A stretch of 64,000 nucleotides of DNA from Octopus bimaculoides (GCF_001194135.2 NC_069007.1:21642827-21706826), one strand, 5' to 3'; shown: positions 52,201 to 62,122, counted from the first letter of the stretch. Program-made: numbers and translations. The notes: generated from the letters alone by a model not told the origin.

Positions 52201-54764
52201 TTCTTTATATCACACACAGGTGCAGAGATTAGCACATATTCCATGTGATGATTCACAAGATCACAAACAGAAAATAGCCAAAAGGAAGACAAGTTGCCAA
52301 AACCAATAAAATTAAGACAAAAAGATAGCAATGGCCACCATGTAAAAATGACAACAGCTTCACTAACAATGTTTTAAGTTCTAATTCAGTAATCTTTTCT
52401 ATTAAAGGCAGAAGACCTGAAATATTGGAGACCAGTCGATTACATTGATCCCAGTGTTTCACTGGGACTTAATTTATCGACCCCTAAAGGATGAAAGGAA
52501 AAGTCAACCTTGGTGGAATTTGAACCCAGAACATAAAGATGAACAAAATGCCACTAAGCATTTTCCCAACATATTAACAATTCTCCCAGCTCACTGCCTT
52601 TAAATTCTAATTCAGCAATAATAAATAAATACAACCTTCAATTCTACAGAAAGAGATACAATAAATACAAGCAACATATTAGGACAGATAATCAATCTTT
52701 GTATTTTGATTAGAATGTTTCAGCTGCGGTGTTACAAATGCATAATGAGATGTGGTCAGAGGGTATTGAAAAAAAAATTAGTATTTAGTCCATCCATCCT
52801 CCAGTAATCCTGGAGGGAGGGGTTATGGGGATAGCGCCCTCAAGTACCTCCTCCTCCTCCTCCTCCATAGGGTCTTTTTAGAAGCAACCATCATTACACT
52901 TTCCCAAGCGGGGCAGGCTATGGATATTACCCAACAATCTCATTCTTGGTCTAATGCTAGGACTCCTGCCAGTTGGTCTGGCTTCAAGAACCTGTCTTGC
53001 AACTCTTTCCTTTGACATTCTAATCAAATGTCTGTTATACCAGAACTGTGACCACTCAATATGGAGTCCTAGCGGCTCAACCCGGAGAGACTCCCTGATT
53101 TCTGAGCTTTGCACCCTGTCGAGTAACGTTACCACAGAGATCCTTCAGAGGAACCCTATTTCAGTGGTTTGTATTCAAAATTGTACTCTTTCGGTCATCA
53201 CCCAACATTCAGGACCACAGGTGAGGCTAGGTACACAAACCAATTTGAAGAAAACAAGTCTGGCTTTCTTCACCAATCTCTCCTCTCCTGAGAATCAAAT
53301 GCTCAAGCTGGCACATCACCGTGTGCCAGAATCTATAATTCCAGCATCCAATTCTATCCTCCTGTTGTGACCATTGCCAAAGTTATGTAAATGGCACCCA
53401 TGAAAATGTAGTTGTGACAGTTGCCAGTGTCATGTAAATGGCACCTGTGCTGGTGGCACATAAAAAGTACCCCTTACACTCTCAGAGTGGTTGGCATTAT
53501 TAGGAAGGGCATCCAGCAATAGAAACCCTGCCAAATCAAACTGGAACTTGATGCAGCTCACCAGTTCCAGTCAAACTGTCCAACGCATGCCAGCATGGAA
53601 AATGGATGTATGATAATGATGGTAATTAGCACTAGTGAGGTCACCAAGTAACTCATGAAGAAAGATAAACGGAAAAGCCCGTTCAACTGAGTGGGAGTGC
53701 ATCAGAGAGAGGAAGAGGTGGCTTTGGGAGAGTTGATAACACAGCAAAGACTCAAGGTAAAATAAAAGTTGAGAGGAGGCCCCCAACACTACTCCTTTAC
53801 TCTTATTCCGGCCCAACCACCACTGAGACTGTTTAATACATATTTTATTAAGCCAAAACTACAGGGATGAAAGCTATTTGTGTAATGGTGTTTCATGTAA
53901 TCTCTTGACTACTAGTCTATAAATACCACTAACGTTCCATTCATAATAATGATCTTGTGAATTGGCACAAGGCCAGAAATCTGTATGAGAGGAATATTGT
54001 TGCTTATATCAAAACCAAATACATAACAAGTACATCATGAGGTAACAAGGGAGTCTCTTTGTGGTTGACAAACCTACTAGAAATAGCAGCCAAATGCCCT
54101 CTAGCATTCCTAGAGCATGTTAATTGTTCAAACTGGTCAGATCCAATCTCTCACACCTACTCTACTATGTCATTCTGAAATGAACAAAACCATATTGCAG
54201 TTGTTCTTGCATACAAGCATGTCTCTTGAATCTCTCTCCAGCCGAGCGTTCCTTATCTTGCAGGCTTGTGGGTGCTGGTGCCACATACAAGGGCCACGTA
54301 AACACAACCATGCCGGTGCTGTGGCCAGACATGTTTTTGCAGAATATCGGAAATTGGTGATATTCATTTACAACACACACACACACACAATATCAAGACA
54401 AGGAGACCCAAACACATACACACTCTACAAAAAAACACTGTCATTGTGCTTTGGTCAGATCAGGGCTGTAGTACTGTAGTAGAAGACACTTGCCCAAGGT
54501 GCTGCACAGTGAGACTGAACTCAAAGTCATGTGGTTGGGAAGCAAACTTCCTAACCACACAGCCACACCTGCAGAGAACATTTATTACATAAACAATAAA
54601 GTTACACATTAATACACGAAAGGAAACAGAACGAATCCCATGTGCAGTAATAAGAGAAGCCCTTACCTGATGTAAATCTGTTTTATTGCCTGAATCCCAT
54701 TGGTACATCCTTTCGGGATATTGAACTCTTCAAACAGCTCGTCCCAGTTTTGTTCTTCATTAAC
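16408..54764 (-). CDS. ARID2: AT-rich interactive domain-containing protein 2 (BAF200, PBAF subunit); spliced, 5'-incomplete, at least 19 coding exons, about 2150 aa recovered
   Basis: Exons translate to ARID2-diagnostic segments: ARID C-terminal helices, [42 protein letters not shown]-like winged helix, two C2H2-like fingers ([14 protein letters not shown]), and [18 protein letters not shown]. Splice phases chain throughout (6450 nt). Confidence 0.96.
17015..17106 (-). CDS. ARID2: ARID2 penultimate exon ([30 protein letters not shown])
   Basis: 92 nt, phase 0 to 2; near-identical to the ARID2 C-terminal motif. Confidence 0.94.
18265..18450 (-). mobile_element. tRNA-derived SINE family D; related copies near 5985-6115, 40170-40310, 50855-51005, 52405-52600, 54805-55025
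   Basis: Shared TTATTTTATCGACCC.GAAAGGATGAAAGGCAAAGTC.ACCT.GG.GGAATTTGAACTCAGAAC. Confidence 0.75.
19619..19735 (-). CDS. ARID2: Candidate in-frame cassette exon of ARID2 ([39 protein letters not shown])
   Basis: CTTCTCTTGTAG acceptor, CAG|GTGAGT donor, 117 nt, open, phase 0 to 0 inside a phase-0 intron, coding-like GC content. Confidence 0.65.
22560..22900 (-). mobile_element. Decayed LINE RT fragment
   Basis: Minus strand shows ESKVNVK... and EVHRFRYL (RT domain 6-7-like) with stops. Confidence 0.5.
23542..23958. mobile_element. Foldback/MITE with long terminal inverted repeats (Tc1/mariner-like, TA flanks)
   Basis: Arms of about 180 bp are diverged reverse complements (e.g. GCACCAGCATTGCTAGAAATAAGAG / CTCTTATTTCTAGCAATGCTGGTGC), with a short spacer and TA at both ends. 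Confidence 0.8.
25727..26074 (-). CDS. ARID2: ARID2 exon ([16 protein letters not shown]...[19 protein letters not shown])
   Basis: 348 nt, phase 0 to 0. Confidence 0.92.
26945..27080 (-). CDS. ARID2: ARID2 zinc-finger exon ([17 protein letters not shown]...[21 protein letters not shown])
   Basis: 136 nt, phase 2 to 0; C2H2 residues present. Confidence 0.93.
28397..32531 (-). CDS. ARID2: ARID2 giant central exon (4135 nt; Q/S/P/T-rich disordered region ending in [10 protein letters not shown])
   Basis: Lies within the 1411-aa ORF; acceptor TTTCAG at 32532, donor CG|GTAAGT at 28396; phase 1 to 2. Confidence 0.93.
33641..33830. mobile_element. piggyBac-like MITE (TTAA-CCCTTTAGC...ACTAAAGGA-TTAA); related pieces near 13030-13240, 13940-14050, 17430-17700, 21250-21420, 27640-27802, 39550-39690, 42180-42240, 54110-54190
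   Basis: TTAA flanks, short inverted termini, shared internal sequence across many copies in the window. Confidence 0.65.
36927..37045 (-). CDS. ARID2: ARID2 exon ([39 protein letters not shown])
   Basis: 119 nt, phase 2 to 1; similar to TVFPNH...GVKRRAIPLP. Confidence 0.9.
37972..38106 (-). CDS. ARID2: ARID2 exon, RFX-like winged helix ([29 protein letters not shown]...HTCVK)
   Basis: 135 nt, phase 2 to 2. Confidence 0.92.
38230..38490 (-). mobile_element. SINE family A copy; further partial copies near 8315-8450, 12205-12480, 26305-26545, 43015-43190, 54465-54570, 59905-60215, 60470-60630, 62860-63155
   Basis: Shared CCTTGGGCAAGTGTCTTCTACTATAG and GGTAGACGGAAACTGAAAGAAGCC motifs. Confidence 0.8.
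38661..38705 (+). ncRNA. Candidate minimal type I hammerhead ribozyme
   Basis: UUGCUA-CUGAUGA-A-GCC-CAAAGA-GGU-A-GAA-AUGGCCAU-U-UAGCAA. Perfect 6-bp helix I, intact core, perfect 8-nt palindrome at helix III, weak 3-bp helix II. Confidence 0.6.
39129..39186 (-). CDS. ARID2: ARID2 exon ([19 protein letters not shown])
   Basis: 58 nt, strong acceptor TTTTCCAG and donor GTAAGG, phase 1 to 2, ends in the conserved W that begins the RFX-like domain. Confidence 0.85.
39761..39922 (-). CDS. ARID2: ARID2 exon ([27 protein letters not shown]...PPSITLNC)
   Basis: 162 nt, phase 1 to 1. Confidence 0.9.
40564..40773 (-). CDS. ARID2: ARID2 exon ([15 protein letters not shown]...[22 protein letters not shown])
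   Basis: 210 nt, phase 1 to 1; ARM-like segment similar to GMEILGNLCKAEDN. Confidence 0.93.
41229..41325 (-). CDS. ARID2: ARID2 exon ([32 protein letters not shown])
   Basis: 97 nt, phase 0 to 1. Confidence 0.9.
41907..41988 (-). CDS. ARID2: ARID2 exon ([27 protein letters not shown])
   Basis: 82 nt, phase 2 to 0. Confidence 0.93.
42449..42525 (-). CDS. ARID2: ARID2 exon ([26 protein letters not shown])
   Basis: 77 nt, phase 0 to 2; similar to IAVILRNLSFEEGN. Confidence 0.92.
43231..43310 (-). CDS. ARID2: ARID2 exon ([26 protein letters not shown])
   Basis: 80 nt, phase 1 to 0; similar to LGINDIEGQRVLQ. Confidence 0.92.
44113..44185 (-). CDS. ARID2: ARID2 exon ([24 protein letters not shown])
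   Basis: 73 nt, phase 0 to 1; similar to human FWKDIVDDNEVRDLISD. Confidence 0.9.
45089..45156 (-). CDS. ARID2: ARID2 exon ([22 protein letters not shown])
   Basis: 68 nt, phase 1 to 0. Confidence 0.9.
45954..46172 (-). CDS. ARID2: ARID2 exon ([33 protein letters not shown]...HIGIFSL)
   Basis: 219 nt, phase 1 to 1; highly conserved ARID2 motif. Confidence 0.95.
46250..46590. repeat. Degenerate minisatellite, unit about 32-35 bp (GGGCTTGAGATCATATGGGATATTGTTG..)
   Basis: About 10 recurrences of GAGATCATATGG-like cores at regular spacing. Confidence 0.7.
47020..47210 (-). mobile_element. tRNA-derived SINE family B; related copies near 4625-4780, 11865-12065, 20995-21150, 36500-36690
   Basis: Shared ACAGCTGAGTGGACTGGAGCAAC..AAGTG..TTGCTCAAGAACAC and GGAATCGAAC (B-box, reverse) motifs. 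Confidence 0.75.
48609..48763 (-). CDS. ARID2: ARID2 exon ([16 protein letters not shown]...[12 protein letters not shown])
   Basis: 155 nt, phase 2 to 1; similar to human YLEKYEKVHHFGED. Confidence 0.93.
49305..49655 (-). mobile_element. SINE family A copy
   Basis: Similarity to 6345-6725. Confidence 0.8.
50575..50845 (+). mobile_element. SINE family A copy
   Basis: Similarity to 13505-13915. Confidence 0.75.
51754..52037. mobile_element. hAT-type MITE with 8-bp TSD TGCTAAAG, nested in the end of a piggyBac-like MITE
   Basis: CAGGGGTTCTCAACC...GGCTGAGAACCAGGG termini flanked by TGCTAAAG at 51746-51753 and 52038-52045. Confidence 0.75.
52800..53370 (-). mobile_element. Decayed RTE/Expander-like LINE 3' fragment
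   Basis: [64 protein letters not shown] resembles the RTE-clade ORF2 C-terminus. Confidence 0.75.
54667..54764 (-). CDS. ARID2: ARID2 exon ([33 protein letters not shown]), ARID domain
   Basis: TAG acceptor, GTAAGG donor, 98 nt, phase 0 to 2. Confidence 0.93.
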
Positions 54765-55065
54765 CTACAAGACAGAAACACGCAAGAATCAAAATAGTTG
54801 TTTAGTGTTCATAACGGTTTCAAATTTGGGTATAAAAGAGCAGCAACTTTAGTGGAAAGGGGTTAATCGAATTACACTACCCACCCACCAGTACTCAACA
54901 TGTTCTTCTTTTACTGATCCCAAAAGAATGAAAAACAAAGTTGACCTTGGTGACGTCTGAACTCAGAACCGAAAGAACAGGAAAGAATGCAAGTATTTTA
55001 TTTAACATGCTACCGATTCTGCCAGATCAACAGAAAAAAATTTTAACATTGCTAAGAGACATAGC

Positions 55066-55345
55066 ACAGTTCCATATTTAAGAGATGAGACATTATTTAC
55101 ATTATTTACATTTGACAGATATTTGTCCTCATCTGGTTTGTTGTTAACACAACGTTTCGGCTGATATACCCTTCAGCCTTCATCAGGTGTCTTCGGGGAA
55201 ATTTCGAACCTGGGTTCTCATTCCTAAGATATTTTTCAATGTTATTATTATTACTCAAGTCACTGCTTGGAATCGAACTCGGAATCTTGGGGTTAGTAGG
55301 CTGCACTCTTAACCACTATGTGGGCATATGGCATAGTGGTTAGAG
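55066..55345 (-). mobile_element. tRNA-derived SINE carrying a hammerhead ribozyme, with inverted duplication of its head
   Basis: A-box-like CATAGTGGTTAAG (55308-55320), B-box GAGTTCGATTCC (55269-55280), (AAT)n spacer, hammerhead, (TGTAAATAA)2 near the 3' end. Confidence 0.7.
55146..55191 (-). ncRNA. Minimal type I hammerhead ribozyme (Penelope-type, palindromic helix III)
   Basis: Minus strand reads GACAC-CUGAUGA-A-GGCUG-AAGGGUAUAU-CAGCC-GAA-ACGU-U-GUGUU. Full core, 5-bp helix II, 5-bp helix I, self-complementary ACGU helix III, GUU cleavage triplet. Confidence 0.8.
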
Positions 55346-55367
55346 ACATGTAATGTAGAACTTAGAG

Positions 55368-55647
55368 CAGTGGTTCTCAACCAGGATGCACACAATAAAA
55401 TAGTAAATTGGGAATCCCTGACAAAATCTTGCTTTCGATGTGTGTGTATTGCGAGAAACACCTACGTTTCTTTCTCTAACATTTAACGTAATTCAACCTG
55501 CAAAAGTTAATGTGTAAAAAGCTAAATAGGAATTTTGGAAAAAGCTTCCATAAAACTAGTTTTTAAACACTGAATGGCTATGGGGGTCCACCAAAGTAAA
55601 ATAGTAATCAAAGGGGTCCACAGATAAAAACTGGTTGAGAGCCCCTG
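55368..55647. mobile_element. hAT-type MITE (same family as 51754-52037)
   Basis: CAGTGGTTCTCAACC...GGTTGAGAGCCCCTG termini; near-matching 8-bp flanks ACTTAGAG/GTTTAGAG. Confidence 0.7.
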
Positions 55648-55799
55648 GTTTAGAGTATTGCTTTTTATTCTCTACAGTATATGGAGAGAGAAAGAGAGAG
55701 ACTTGGTTTTAGCTAAAAGTTTCTCACACAGCAGTTTCACTATGCCCTGGGGCAAATTTGAACTGCATCTCATCTACGCTAATTCTCTTCCTAAACAAT

Positions 55800-57070
55800 T
55801 GTATTAGGACACCTTTTGTTACTTTCATAACTTTGTTGATCAGTTTGACACCTCTTTAGTTGCTTCTTTCCAAGGCACCTCCTTTGCCAGTGAAGCACTT
55901 GATGATTTTATTGAGTATAACACCTTCTTGTATTACCTGGATGACTACACGTAGAACCAGCCTAAGCCCTACTTTAACAGACAGATTCAGCACCTCATCA
56001 ACTGCACCTGACAGTAGCGGGTCCTACTCATTGGTATCTTCAATATACTTGGAGTAGTTCCTTTTCTTCTGACACACCTTTCACATTTAGCAGCCTCTCT
56101 CTCTCTCTCTCTCCTTTCATTATCAGCAAGGCCAAGTGTACCACTACCATTTCAAACACACACTTAAATAAAAACACCTTCATTTACTCTGACATACTTG
56201 TATCACAGTCCCAAACACATTGTGACTGACATTGCAGCAGAAGAACACTGCCAAACCTCTTGCTTTCTACTTTTCTTTCGGCCATATATATACTTCTTGT
56301 GTAACTTCTGTTAGTTACAAGATACAGTTTTTTTTTATATCCACTACCACCATCATTTCAACCAGTCCTTTCTAAACCTCTCTCCTTACTTTTACAATTC
56401 CATCTAAAGTCCTACTCCACTATCATGTCACCTTATGTCCAGTCGATTCCTGGCCTCAACAGATTGCATCATAGAAACTCCCTACTGTCCCCTGTGCTAT
56501 AAGCTTTTGTCTCCTCCTCCTCCTCCTTTCCACTATGCACCATAATCTGACAACACAATATATATTTAGCAGAAAGACGTTTCATTTTCCACACCCCTCG
56601 TTTGCCACCATGCCTGTTGTCTATCAGTCTGGGGTCACAAATCAGGAGCTGATATCAGAATGGACGTTTTTCACAGGGGAAAGCCTTAGTATTGGCAGCT
56701 ATCTGCCTACTGCCTATCCACGGGCGGCATGTCCACCTGATTGGATGGTGATAAAGTGGCTTGTTGGCTTCCTGAAATGGTTAACACAATTCCAGAAGCC
56801 TTGATTCTTCCTCATTTGTAGAACCATAACCAAAACCAACACGTACTCAGGAGTCGTTACCATGATTCTACCCAACAAGTCCATTCAGGTCACCAGCCAG
56901 GATAATGCTAACCCTGTTGTATATTTTTGAAGTGGTTTATGAACCAATAGGGGTCCTTTCTGCTCACTGTGTCTGAGAGGTAAGAGCACTGCACAAGCAG
57001 AGACAATATAGCACCTATTGCTTTCCATACAGTCCACCACTTGCCTAAGCTTATTTATTCTGTCGCATAG
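55800..57070 (-). mobile_element. Decayed RTE-type LINE ORF2 fragment (endonuclease plus start of RT)
   Basis: Degenerate AGDLNGLVG...GFGYGS.NEEESRLLE..NHFRKPTSHFIT and KCFTGKGGALERSN*RGVKL segments with stops and frameshifts. Confidence 0.7.
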
Positions 57071-57959
57071 TCTGGATATTTCAAAAACATAATTTCTGGA
57101 TATGTGTGTGTGTGTGTGTGTGTGGACACACATACATAAATATTTACGTATACATAAGCATGCATATATACATAAATATACATACACACTCACATATATC
57201 TCTCTACATAAACACACATCGATATATCCAAACAGAAGTATCTTTATATAGTTATATCTGTGTGTGTGTGTGTCTCTCTCTCTACATATACACACACACA
57301 CACACACACCTATAAATATACACATACATATAAGTGCGTATGTATATATTTAAACACACACATACACACACACAGAGTTTCCTGAAGAATAGACGGAAAC
57401 TATGAAGCCCAGCAGCAAGAAGTGTAATTTCTTGGAAATATGTGAATGTTTTAGGCATCCGTGTTGCGATTCAGTACTTATTTGTTTTTCTGACCTTTTT
57501 CAATTTTTTTCTCTTACTTGTTACGCTGATGTACGAGAAAGTTACGCAGACTTCTGAATAATCGCAATTTCAGATATTTAAAACACGTTTTTAAATAAAT
57601 AAATAATGATCGAGAAACATTAAAAAGGGGGAAATTCCCCCCCCCCCCCCNNNNNNNNNNNNNNNNNCGAATTATAATCTACGATGTTTAAAAACTTGCA
57701 CATCTGAGATTTTGGCTTTAGTGAACTGAATACTTTCCGACTCTATTGTTTAGGGATTCCATATGTATAAAAGTGAAAAAAAGCATAACCTTTGATTTGT
57801 TTGGATTTTTAACCCCTTTTCAACTTTTGCACACACACACACACATATGGAGGAATTCCTATATATATCATACATACACACACACAAATATGTACAAAAT
57901 TAATATGAGTATATGTTTGTCATGTATATCACAATGTGCATGCATATTTGAGTGTACAT

Positions 57960-58460
57960 ATACACATACGCCTTCTCATGAAGGCTCGCAGGCGCCGAAA
58001 CTTCGAAGTCACTGTCATCAACATAGTAAAATTCACACAATATGTATTCTAAAAGAAAAAGTATTGAGTCAACCTTCAGTTTAATGTAAGTAAAATTGAT
58101 ATTGTAACTCGACATAAAAACATTTACACCACACACACATACGAACGTACGCACTCAAGAGCCAAATAACTGAAGTGGGGTGGTCACGACTGGAACATTT
58201 AAGTTCCGTATCGACGAAACGAAGGTTGAACTATCACATTTCTAGCAAATGAAAAAAAAAAGTACCCGGTGTCTAAAAAAATGTTTTTTATTACCATTAT
58301 TATTATTATTTTATTAATCACAAGAGCGAAAAATAAAATTCGAGCAGGGAAATAATGCCTCGCTCAGTTTTAGCTTTAAACTCCGCCTACTTCCTTTCTT
58401 CTCCCGCAGTAAATGAAAAGAGTGTGAGTGTTTATGTATGCATCACTGTATGAGTGAAAA

Positions 58461-58491
<31 letters not shown>

Positions 58492-58565
58492 CTGTGTATC
58501 CATTTGTGAGTGAGAACGAGTGAGTGTATATGTGCGAGTGAGTCAGAGTACGAACGAGAAATGTG

Positions 58566-58607
<42 letters not shown>

Positions 58608-59150
58608 GGAGAGTTGGTATGTGTCAGTCAGTCAACGTTTGTGTGTGGTGATTGGTAGAGTTAAATAACCGCGCTGTGTGTGTGTGTGTGTGTGTTGTGA
58701 GCGTACAAAAGAGAGTGTATGTGTATGTGTGTGTGTGGTTTTATAGATATTTGAGAGAGGAGGTTGGGGCGTCTATGAGTGGAAACTGTAATGTGAGTGA
58801 TGGAGATAATAGTGAATATATGAGTGAGAAGGAATAAATATGGATGACTAGGAAGAAAAAAAGAAGCAGTGAATAAATAATAAGGCATTGACGCACACAC
58901 ACACACACATACGCATATATACACGCACGCACACACATACTCATATATATACACGCACGCACACACAAGCGCGCGCTCACCAGATACCGTAGAGGCGAGA
59001 ACGAGACTTCGACATTGAACACCACCTCACTACTGCTATCACCACCACCACCGCTGCTACTATAACCAACTTCGTTACCACCACCGCCAATACAACTACC
59101 AGAACTACTATTTCTTCTACTACTACTACTACTCCAGCACAACCACCATT
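57960..59150 (-). promoter_or_regulatory. CpG-enriched region with candidate 5' exons of a minus-strand transcript (donor CTG|GTGAGC at 58980; exon-like 57970-58048)
   Basis: Local CpG enrichment against a CpG-poor background, plus splice-site-like motifs; no clear ARID coding match. Confidence 0.3.
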
Positions 59151-59423
59151 ATTTTAACTAATTGCCATCAGCAGCAAATACACGACTTATAACGATCATT
59201 ATTATATTAGTATCATTGTAAGTAAAAGCAAATGAAAAGATTCCTATAAGCCATAGATGTATGTATGATGCCTAGCAATTGCTCAGCAATAACGTCACAT
59301 AAGCANNNNNNNNNNAAGCCATAGATGTATGTATGATGCCTAGCAATTGCTCAGCAATAACGTCACATAAGCAGGCAGAGGGGGGGGGGGCTGAGGATAA
59401 GCTGTTATAAGATTGACTAGTTT

Positions 59424-59455
<32 letters not shown>

Positions 59456-59708
59456 ATTTATTCCCAGAAAAGATTGTATATGCATGTAGCTGAGAATGTG
59501 TGGTACACATATACGAACAGTCATAAGCGTGTGTGTATATATAATATATATATATATATTTATAAAAAAGAAGTTTGAAAACGCCACTATATAAAATAAA
59601 TTTTAATTTATAATTTTCTCAGATATATATATATATATACACACATATATACTTACACATTTATATACACACTATATATATGTATATATAATATATACAC
59701 ACACATAC

Positions 59709-59743
<35 letters not shown>

Positions 59744-60435
59744 TGCAGCTAGCACCTCGCATCTGGTTTCACGGTTTAGATCATCAGACAGGATACGATG
59801 TGCACTTTCATAACAGATTACCGCACCTACACACACACACACACACGTACCTATAGGTATATACACACAAAGGTATACATACACAAATATATCTTATCTT
59901 TCACTACTTGTTTCATTCATTGGACTGTGGCTCTGCGCTGCGGCACCGCCTAGAAAACGTTTCATCATACATACATCATTTCCTAAGTCTAATACTTATT
60001 CTGTCGGCCTCTGTTGTCGAACCGCTAAGTCTCGAAAATTAAACAAACACAGATTGTCAAGCAGTGGGGGGGGGGCAAACAGATAGGTAGGTAAGTAGGT
60101 AGACAAATACGACGAGCTTCTTTCAGTTTCCGTCTACTAAATCCACTTACAAGGCTTTGGTTGGCCCAGGGCTATGGTAGAGAACACCCAACCCAGAACC
60201 ATATGGTTGGGAAGCAATTGCATGGATAGGACGGAATTCACTGAGGTAGATTTTTCTAATGGTTGGATGCCCTTCTTGTCAGCAATCCTCGCCAGTTTCC
60301 AAGCAAGATAACAGGTCCTTGTGACAGGACATTATTTCACAGAAGATTGGAAAGGAATGACTAGTTGTATAAGTGGTATACTTGCTTACAACTACTACAC
60401 GATGTCAAAACCTGGAGGTACAGATATATGTACAA

Positions 60436-60468
<33 letters not shown>

Positions 60469-60839
60469 AACAGGCTTCTTTCAGTTTCCGTCTGCCAAAT
60501 CCAGTCACAAGGCTTTGGCCAGCCAAAGATTATGGTAGAAGACACTTGCCTAAGGTGCCACACAGTGAGACTGAATCCGGAACCTGAATCCATGTGGTTG
60601 GAAAGCAAACAACTTGCCATACAGCCACACACAAAAGAAGGCATGTGTGTGTGTGTGTGTGTGTGTGTATGCATTTATATATACACACACACACACACAA
60701 ACATTTTTTTTCTCTCCCTTTTTCCCCCTTTCAATCCTTTCTGTCTCTCAGAGCAAAGGCTCGAAACATCAAAAAAGATTTCCATTCTTCCTGAGTGTCA
60801 AACTAATACACCTGCTTGTTGTTCCTTCACCTGCCTTCT

Positions 60840-61720
60840 TTTGTTTTCTTGTATGAGCTTAACATTTCTTTTTGCTGGCAGAAGAGGTTCAAGGAAGGAG
60901 GTGAGAGACAATGAGAGGTATGGGAGAGAAACATCAGAGCATCAGAGATGGTTGAGAATTTTCTGGATGGAGACGGTCGTGTCCATAAAGACAATAAATA
61001 TACAGTTTGGAATTGGTGTGGCAACTGTACACAGAATTCTTCATGAAGATCTGAGCCAGGTGCTCAATGGAAGAGATATTGGTGACAGCAGGATGGCGGC
61101 AGGGCTCATTACCTCCAATCCAAAAGTACTTGATTCTCTGGTGATCCATGACAAACGCTGGATCTATTGTTATGATTCAGAGACCAAGAAACAGAATGCC
61201 CAATGGAAGCATCCTGGCTCCTTCAGACCCATGAGGGCCAGGCAAAACAGGTCCACCAGGAAGCACGTGATGAGTGTCCCTTTTCTGCAGCAAGTGCATC
61301 ATCCACATTCATTGGTTCCCTCTAGTCAAAGTCAACAAAGTGTACTTTGTGTATATTTTTGAGGGAGTTCAGGAGATTTTTGTCACAAAAGGTCAGAGCC
61401 CTCCCACTCTGATCAGTGGCCCCTGCACCAGGACAACACCCCAGTCCACAATTCCATCCTAGCAACTAACTACTCAACAGAGGTTGACATCAAAACTGCC
61501 CTTCACCTTCGCTACAGTGCAGACCTAGCTTACTGTGATTTTCGGTGGTTCCCCAAACCAAAAGAGGACCTCAGGAACAGTCGTTTTGAAGACACTGAGA
61601 AGATAAAGGAAGCTGTGACACCTTCGCTTTGGGCGACTTCCATGGGGCTTTCACAAAATGGTTGGTGGAGCGCTGCAACGAGTGCATTGAAGTCAGAAGA
61701 TTCTACTTCGTTCAATAGAA
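60840..61720 (+). mobile_element. Decayed mariner (Tc1/mariner DD34D) transposase remnant
   Basis: Frameshifted segments GIGVATVHRILHEDL, DKRWIYCYDSETKKQNAQWKHPGS, HQDNTPVH, YSADLAYCDFRWFPKPK (YSPDLAPxD motif). Confidence 0.85.
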
Positions 61721-62076
61721 TGAAACAAGTAAAAGAATGAGACACACACACACACACACATTCAGGATACAAGAAGCATCTTATGTCTACATTTCATTCA
61801 TGTGCGAGTCTAACCATACGCTCGATAAACTAGGTTATATTATTATTATACTCATTGTGTGTGTTGTTTGTGTAAATACATTTGCTAACATAAGTATTGT
61901 TTTTCTTGTGGCTGCATCCCCAAATATTTAACCTAAATAACATACATACATATACACACACGCATATATATATATACATGCACGCACACATATATATAAA
62001 CGCACATATGTACACACACACACACACTTGAGTAACAATTCAAATATAAGTTTACAGTATTCTGGAGTGGGAGGGG

Positions 62077-62122
<46 letters not shown>

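Noticed and set aside
59761-59800. Minus-strand CTGATGA...GAAAC hammerhead-like core
   Set aside because: No helix II or helix I pairing; it reads better as a mariner HTH remnant (SAHRILSDDL).
60373-61362. 329-aa ORF as a gene
   Set aside because: It is a chance fusion of SINE, microsatellite and decayed mariner sequence.
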